64,000 nt of DNA. Source: a virus. Positions 59,177-64,000 of this stretch are shown in pieces. The notes under the pieces are model-generated. The model worked only from the letters and a program-made list of their open reading frames with translations. It was not told the origin of the DNA and searched no databases. Numbering within the stretch: the first letter of the stretch is position 1; each line of letters opens with the position of its first letter. The stretch is taken from positions 45,195-109,194 of the IMG/VR virus record IMGVR_UViG_3300026382_000009; one strand, 5' to 3'. The position numbers and the translations under genes are program-made.

Positions 59177-60226
59177 TTAATTATGAAAGAAAAGACATTG
59201 TGTTGTATCTTTCATATATTCAAAATAAATTCTATTAAATCCTTCAGTATACAAAGGAAGTTCAAATCTTTTTGCAAAATCTATTAAAATATTTTCTGGA
59301 ATAAATTTTCCATCAATTTCACTTCTTTCTTTATTTCTTTTGAGAATTTCATCTAAAGATGATAACATGACAACTGCTTTTACATTATAATCATCAAGTT
59401 GAGATAACCATCTTCTTCTTGATTTCCAACTAATATTTGTCATATCTATAACAAAATCTTTATTTGATTTTTTAAGTTTATTAAATTTTTGTAAAAGAAT
59501 TTTATTAATTTCTTTTTGATCCTCTGAGCTTAATTTTTTCCAAATATCTGTATATGTATCACCATATCCTTTCTTTTTTCCATATTCTAAAAGAATATCA
59601 TCTCTACTTAAAACTTCTAAGTCTTTAAAATTCTTTTTTATATAAGTCGATTTTCCAGATCCTGGAAGTCCTATCATAATATAACAATTTTTATCTAATA
59701 TTGTATTACAAATTTTATTAAATCCATATTTTTCTTTTTCTTTATATTGAAAATCTTTAAAAGAAATATTTCCTTTGGCATCATAAGATGAAAATTCATA
59801 AAGTTTTTCATATAAATCATAATGTCCATTGACAAAATATTTTTTAATTTGTTTGTCTGATTTTCTCCAAAATATTCCATGATAATTTGTTATGTAAAGA
59901 ATTTCAATAGCATTCAAAAAAGATACAGTATCTTTATAAACTAAATTTATTAAAAAATCAATAGACATCAAAGTAGAAATTCCTTCATGTCCTCTAAATA
60001 CTATTTTACCATTTTCTAGATGATTTTTTGCAAGAGGTTTTCCAATATCATGAAGAAGTGCAGCAATTTGAAGATTCTTTGAAGCATTATTTAAGCGAGC
60101 TTGATTAAATACAAGCATAGTATGAGTCCAAACATCCCCTTCAAGATGATATAAATCACCCTGATGAGAAGTAGATTTTAACAAAGTTTCATAAGTTTTC
60201 TTAAAATCTTTAAATATTCTTTCCAT
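59177..60226 (-). CDS. HD-domain phosphohydrolase fused to a polynucleotide-kinase-like P-loop
   Basis: HLEGDVWTHT, LLHDIGKP, GHEGIS; GLPGSGKST, SRDDI, IDMTN, RNKER. Confidence 0.85.
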   Translation of the reverse strand: MERIFKDFKKTYETLLKSTSHQGDLYHLEGDVWTHTMLVFNQARLNNASKNLQIAALLHDIGKPLAKNHLENGKIVFRGHEGISTLMSIDFLINLVYKDTVSFLNAIEILYITNYHGIFWRKSDKQIKKYFVNGHYDLYEKLYEFSSYDAKGNISFKDFQYKEKEKYGFNKICNTILDKNCYIMIGLPGSGKSTYIKKNFKDLEVLSRDDILLEYGKKKGYGDTYTDIWKKLSSEDQKEINKILLQKFNKLKKSNKDFVIDMTNISWKSRRRWLSQLDDYNVKAVVMLSSLDEILKRNKERSEIDGKFIPENILIDFAKRFELPLYTEGFNRIYFEYMKDTTQCLFFHN

Positions 60227-60239
60227 TTTAACTCCTTTA

Positions 60240-60352
60240 AAATTTATTTATCAGAACCTCTCTGGAGGTCTCTGGTTAATTTTTTAATTATCGTAATAGT
60301 TTTAATTATCAAAGTTTTAAATTTTCACCAGAGAGGCTCCAATAAATAAATA
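60240..60352. repeat. Dispersed inverted-repeat element, copy 3
   Basis: gaacctctctgg (60254-60265) ... ccagagaggctc (60328-60339). Confidence 0.9.
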
Positions 60353-60363
60353 CTAACAATAAA

Positions 60364-60392
60364 ATTATAACAAATTTTTTGAAAAAAGTAAA
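60364..60392 (-). promoter_or_regulatory. Sigma70-like early promoter
   Basis: TTTACT-N17-TATAAT (TGTTATAAT). Confidence 0.7.
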
Positions 60393-60407
60393 TAAATTAC
60401 AATTTAT

Positions 60408-60827
60408 TTATATTTCAAAATCATTTTTTGAATATTCATAAACATCTTTGATAACTTCTTTGAGATATTTTTCTAATTCTTTTAATGGTTTATCCTTAAA
60501 GAAAAATACCTCATTATCTGTAGCACAAGCTCTTTCTATTAATTCTTTAAATTTACCATCTTCTTTTAGAACTTTAAAAATTAATTCTTTCATTCTATAA
60601 GGATACTTAACATTTTTAATATGTATTTTTGGACCTTTTATTGATATCAAAAATACAGAATCATTTTGATTTATTTCTTTATCCCATACATTTATTTCTT
60701 TGCCAACAATTTTAAAATGAAATTCTACATCATCAATTTCAAAAATAACAGGTTGATCAATACTGTATTCAAAAATTAATTTTGTTTCTTTAACTTCTTT
60801 TCCAGTTTTTGGTAAAATAACATTCAT
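60408..60827 (-). CDS. Hypothetical protein
   Basis: ORF with AAGGAG SD. Confidence 0.55.
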   Translation of the reverse strand: MNVILPKTGKEVKETKLIFEYSIDQPVIFEIDDVEFHFKIVGKEINVWDKEINQNDSVFLISIKGPKIHIKNVKYPYRMKELIFKVLKEDGKFKELIERACATDNEVFFFKDKPLKELEKYLKEVIKDVYEYSKNDFEI

Positions 60828-60829
60828 AT

Positions 60830-61183
60830 TTACTCCTTAATTTTTTTATAAATATATTTGATATCATCCCAATCAGCACCAAACATACTGTATGTTTTAA
60901 TTTCTATTTTACTTTCCCAATTTTTATCTTTTTCAAGTAATTCATTTTTCATATTTGTTTTATAAACAAAACCAACAGGAGCATATTTTTGTAGAAATTT
61001 ATCTTTTCTCACATGAATTTCATTTTTAAATTTTGATTTATTACAATCAATTTCAAAAATATGAATACAATTGTCAATTTCATCAATATTATCCAAAATG
61101 TATTTTTTAATTTCTTCAAACGTTTTAAATAATTTTAAAAAATTATATCTTTCAAAACAATTTGAATCTGAAAACAAAAACAT
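60830..61183 (-). CDS. Hypothetical protein
   Basis: ORF with AAGGAGG SD. Confidence 0.55.
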   Translation of the reverse strand: MFLFSDSNCFERYNFLKLFKTFEEIKKYILDNIDEIDNCIHIFEIDCNKSKFKNEIHVRKDKFLQKYAPVGFVYKTNMKNELLEKDKNWESKIEIKTYSMFGADWDDIKYIYKKIKE

Positions 61184-61326
61184 CTTTTCCTCCTTATATA
61201 TATATTTTCTAAAAATTCTTTTGCTTTTGATAATTTGTTTGTATTTTTAATAATTTTTATTTTGAGCAAATTTTGAAGTTCTTCTTCATTTTTTGCTTTC
61301 ATTGAAACACTGGGTGAGGGTGTTCT

Positions 61327-61623
61327 TTATTCAACATATACCCCTTCATAAAAAATATAATAAAAATTTTTTCTAACTCTAGATTTTGAATTCAAAACAT
61401 CTTCAATTTCTTCTTTTGAATATACCTCTATATGTTCAGGTTCTCTTTCATCATTTAAAATTGGAACAGGATATTTTTTATCAAAATAAAATCCTATTTC
61501 ATAAAATTCTTCTTCTGGATAATTTTCTTTTTTAATTAATTTTTTTAGCCACCACTTATCATATTTGTTTAATTTTATAGTAATATCTTCTCCTGTAGAA
61601 AATTTATTTTTATAAACTTCCAT
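61327..61623 (-). CDS. Hypothetical protein
   Basis: AAGGAG SD with promoter upstream. Confidence 0.6.
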   Translation of the reverse strand: MEVYKNKFSTGEDITIKLNKYDKWWLKKLIKKENYPEEEFYEIGFYFDKKYPVPILNDEREPEHIEVYSKEEIEDVLNSKSRVRKNFYYIFYEGVYVE

Positions 61624-61647
61624 TTTAACTCCTTTTTCTTTTTTATA

Positions 61648-61676
61648 ATTATAACATATTTTTTGAAAAATGTAAA
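61648..61676 (-). promoter_or_regulatory. Sigma70-like early promoter
   Basis: TTTACA-N17-TATAAT (TGTTATAAT). Confidence 0.7.
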
Positions 61677-61727
61677 TAGTAGAATAGATATTCCAAAAAT
61701 TTTACACAACAAATGATTTATATAATG

Positions 61728-61828
61728 TATATTTGAAAATGTAACTTGAAGATATATTTTGAAAATGTAATTTGAAGATATATTTTGAAGGATATATTTT
61801 GAAGGATATATTTTGAAGGATATATTTT
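61728..61828. repeat. Tandem repeat array (14-bp gatatattttgaag units plus a ~26-bp duplicated unit)
   Basis: Units at 61777, 61791 and 61805, partial at 61819, variant at 61751. Confidence 0.9.
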
Positions 61829-61906
61829 AAATCAATGGAAGATTTGCAATAAAGAGTTTTTAATTTAACTTTTGAAAACTCTTTGAAGATTTTTAAAGAA
61901 AATACA

Positions 61907-62056
61907 GAGAGAGTTGAAGACTAACAGTTACTTTAATTATAAAAACAAAGGAAGTCTTTTTAACTCTCTCATTAATGATCATAAAAACTTAAGAGGGCGG
62001 AGACAACAAATAACCCCTTTTATTAAAATATATCAAGGATGTCTCTTTGCCCTTTT
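61907..62056. ncRNA. Two tandem hairpins of shared architecture (candidate structured ncRNAs)
   Basis: gagagagtt-g-aagact...agtctt-ttt-aactctctc and agggc-g-gagaca...tgtctc-ttt-gccct. Confidence 0.5.
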
Positions 62057-62058
62057 TT

Positions 62059-63876
62059 TTAAGAAAAAAGTCTCAATTGAACATCTTTTGTATATTCCAC
62101 TTTTTTGAAATCCTTAGAATTTAAAAATCCTTTTAAAATTTCTAATAAATCTTCTGATAAAATATCTTCAATTCTCAATCTTGCTTCATTGTAAGCTTTT
62201 ATCACATTCATAAAAAGCGTTTCGTTTTCATTTGCTACAGATTTTGGAGGCATTTTGAAATTATTAATATAAAAAGTATCTTCTATTAATACACCTAATG
62301 TTTTATGAATATTTTTTTCATCCACATAATCATTACATTTAAAAATAATTTCATCAGCCATTGTATTTTTTGGTAATTCATTTGTTCTTTCTATATTTCC
62401 AAACCAAAGTGTATAAGGAACCTTTACATCTTGTGGTGAAAAATAATTAATATTCAATATATAAATTGAACCTTTTGTGTTTAACAAAAGAAAACTTTCA
62501 GCAGCACCATTTTTTGCGTCAGTCATATCACCACTAAAAATTACATTATTGTTTTTCCAATCAGAATTCCAACCAATTTTTCTAAATTGATTTGTCAAAG
62601 AAAGATCTAAATCTATACTTTTTCCATTAACATTTTCCCAATAAATACCCATTAAATTAAAATTTGTTATTTTTGTTCCAAATGGAACATCATTTAAAAA
62701 TTGTTTTCCAGAAACAGGTAAAGCATAATTTTTATATTTTTCTATATCAAAAATGATTTTCTCTTTAACAATTTTTTTAATAAATTTCATTTGTATAAAA
62801 TTTATTAATATTTCTAAAAATGGTTTATATTCACCTGTAAAATATGTTTTTGTATACCATATTTTTCCATTTCTTATAACATACATTGCACCGTTAATAT
62901 TATTTTCTTGACAATAAACTCTGTATTTAAAGGCATTCCCTAATTTAATAACATATGATAAATCCATATTTGATATCAATTTCATAAAATCATCATAACA
63001 TATATTTCCATATTCTATTAATTCTGTGATTCTTAGATATTTTGGAAGTCCTTTAGGTTTGTGATATTTTTTAGATAATTTAGAGATTCTATTTATAGTC
63101 CATTTTAATTTTCTATTATTAGAATTTGCTTTCACTGCTACAAATATTTTCTTATATCTATTAAACCCTTCAGCTAAAGGAATAAATCCATATTTTTCTA
63201 TAAATTTTTTAAGATATTCAAAAAACTCATTTGATTTATTCACAAAAACACCAAGTGTCTCTTCATCTTTAACAAATAAGGTATTACCTGTTAAAATATA
63301 ATTTACGTATCCAAAAAATTCATCAATATTATCTGGTAATTTATTAAACTTATCAAAAAGTGCATATCTTAATTCTTTAGAAGGAATTTTATCAAAATCA
63401 AGTTCTAAATTGTTATAGTTTATGAAATTAACAATAAAAGAAATTTCTTCAAAAGTCCATTGTTTAGTATTGTAAATATCTTCTACAAATCTTTTAACAA
63501 ATTCTTCAAAAGACATTGATTCAATTACAATAACTTCTTTGATAATTTGATTAAATTCAGGATTATCTAAAAATACATCTTCACCTTGAAGACCTAATCC
63601 ATATGTTGTAAAATAATGTAATAATTGTTTTACTAAAATATCAAATCTTGAAGAATTAGCTACTTTTTTAAAAGTACTAAATGTTTTAGCAGTTCTAGCT
63701 TTTGTAATTTCAGTTTTTAAAACTTCTTTAATATTTTGAATATCATCTTTTGTTAAATGCTGAAAATTTTTAACAACAAAAGGCAAAAGATCTTCCATTT
63801 CTTGAAAATTATTTTCATCTTTTCCTGTATAAACAAATTTGTTGTATCTATCATAAACAAATTTTTGTAAATTCAT
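62059..63876 (-). CDS. 605-aa helical protein with C-terminal TerD-like domain (possibly Ro/TROVE-related)
   Basis: C-terminal GIYW...IDLDLS...IFSGDMTDAKNGAAE (TerD-like); N-terminal HYFTTYGL, NRISKLSKKYHKP. Confidence 0.6.
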   Translation of the reverse strand: MNLQKFVYDRYNKFVYTGKDENNFQEMEDLLPFVVKNFQHLTKDDIQNIKEVLKTEITKARTAKTFSTFKKVANSSRFDILVKQLLHYFTTYGLGLQGEDVFLDNPEFNQIIKEVIVIESMSFEEFVKRFVEDIYNTKQWTFEEISFIVNFINYNNLELDFDKIPSKELRYALFDKFNKLPDNIDEFFGYVNYILTGNTLFVKDEETLGVFVNKSNEFFEYLKKFIEKYGFIPLAEGFNRYKKIFVAVKANSNNRKLKWTINRISKLSKKYHKPKGLPKYLRITELIEYGNICYDDFMKLISNMDLSYVIKLGNAFKYRVYCQENNINGAMYVIRNGKIWYTKTYFTGEYKPFLEILINFIQMKFIKKIVKEKIIFDIEKYKNYALPVSGKQFLNDVPFGTKITNFNLMGIYWENVNGKSIDLDLSLTNQFRKIGWNSDWKNNNVIFSGDMTDAKNGAAESFLLLNTKGSIYILNINYFSPQDVKVPYTLWFGNIERTNELPKNTMADEIIFKCNDYVDEKNIHKTLGVLIEDTFYINNFKMPPKSVANENETLFMNVIKAYNEARLRIEDILSEDLLEILKGFLNSKDFKKVEYTKDVQLRLFS

Positions 63877-63888
63877 TTTAACTCCTTT

Positions 63889-64000
63889 AAATTTACTTAT
63901 CAGAACCTCTCTGGAGGTCCCTGGACAATTTTTATAATGTATAAATATTTTTTACAATCAACTTTTTAAACTTTAACCAGAGAGGCTCCAATAAATAAAT
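63889..64000. repeat. Dispersed inverted-repeat element, copy 4
   Basis: gaacctctctgg (63903-63914) ... ccagagaggctc (63977-63988), just upstream of the SD of the 605-aa gene. Confidence 0.9.

Noticed and set aside
61728-61828. Possible CRISPR or mini-array
   Set aside because: The units are 14 bp and directly tandem with no unique spacers. The dispersed 110-bp elements are kilobases apart. No cas operon is present.
2500-62108. Plus-strand ORFs in the track (e.g. 2500-2997, 7682-8182, 16251-16715, 53610-53984, 61914-62108)
   Set aside because: They are F/S/L/I-rich antisense shadows of K/E/N-rich minus-strand genes, or overlap structured non-coding DNA; no recognisable motifs.
1-64000. tRNA/rRNA genes, integrase, transposases, homing endonucleases, stop-codon recoding
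   Set aside because: None were recognised by eye. Core genes are full length in the standard code and use TAA, TGA and TAG as stops. tRNAscan/Infernal would be needed to exclude small RNAs.

Overview
Very AT-rich 64-kb segment of a large T4-like (myovirus) phage genome. Essentially all real genes are on the minus strand and use the standard genetic code. From left to right it carries: (1) a baseplate/tail/neck/capsid module (gp6, gp25, PAAR, a two-gene gp5, hub, tape measure, tube, sheath, neck proteins, major capsid protein); (2) a three-gene type II topoisomerase; (3) class I ribonucleotide reductase, with a cis mini-intein in NrdA; (4) replication and recombination genes (origin-binding-type helicase, Cas4-like nuclease, primase, RNase H, gp32, sliding clamp, UvsY, UvsW, ligase); (5) a partly decayed accessory region; (6) a cytosine hypermodification cluster; and (7) RNA-repair-like genes. 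The host may be a Campylobacterota member, inferred only from base composition and gene set. The main findings are: a naturally and atypically split intein (14-aa IntN plus 127-aa IntC) that interrupts the Walker A motif of UvsW across two genes; a gp42 + beta-glucosyltransferase-like + DenB cluster with extra CofD/YvcK-HAD, NTP-transferase and UDG-like genes, suggesting a non-standard sugar on hmC; twin covarying hairpins and a repeat array next to a TerD-containing, possibly Ro-like gene; a dispersed ~110-bp inverted-repeat leader element in four copies; a CCC-TAA +1 frameshift candidate just before the tape measure gene; and a topoisomerase split at a non-T4 position. All annotations come from motif recognition by eye; no searches were run.
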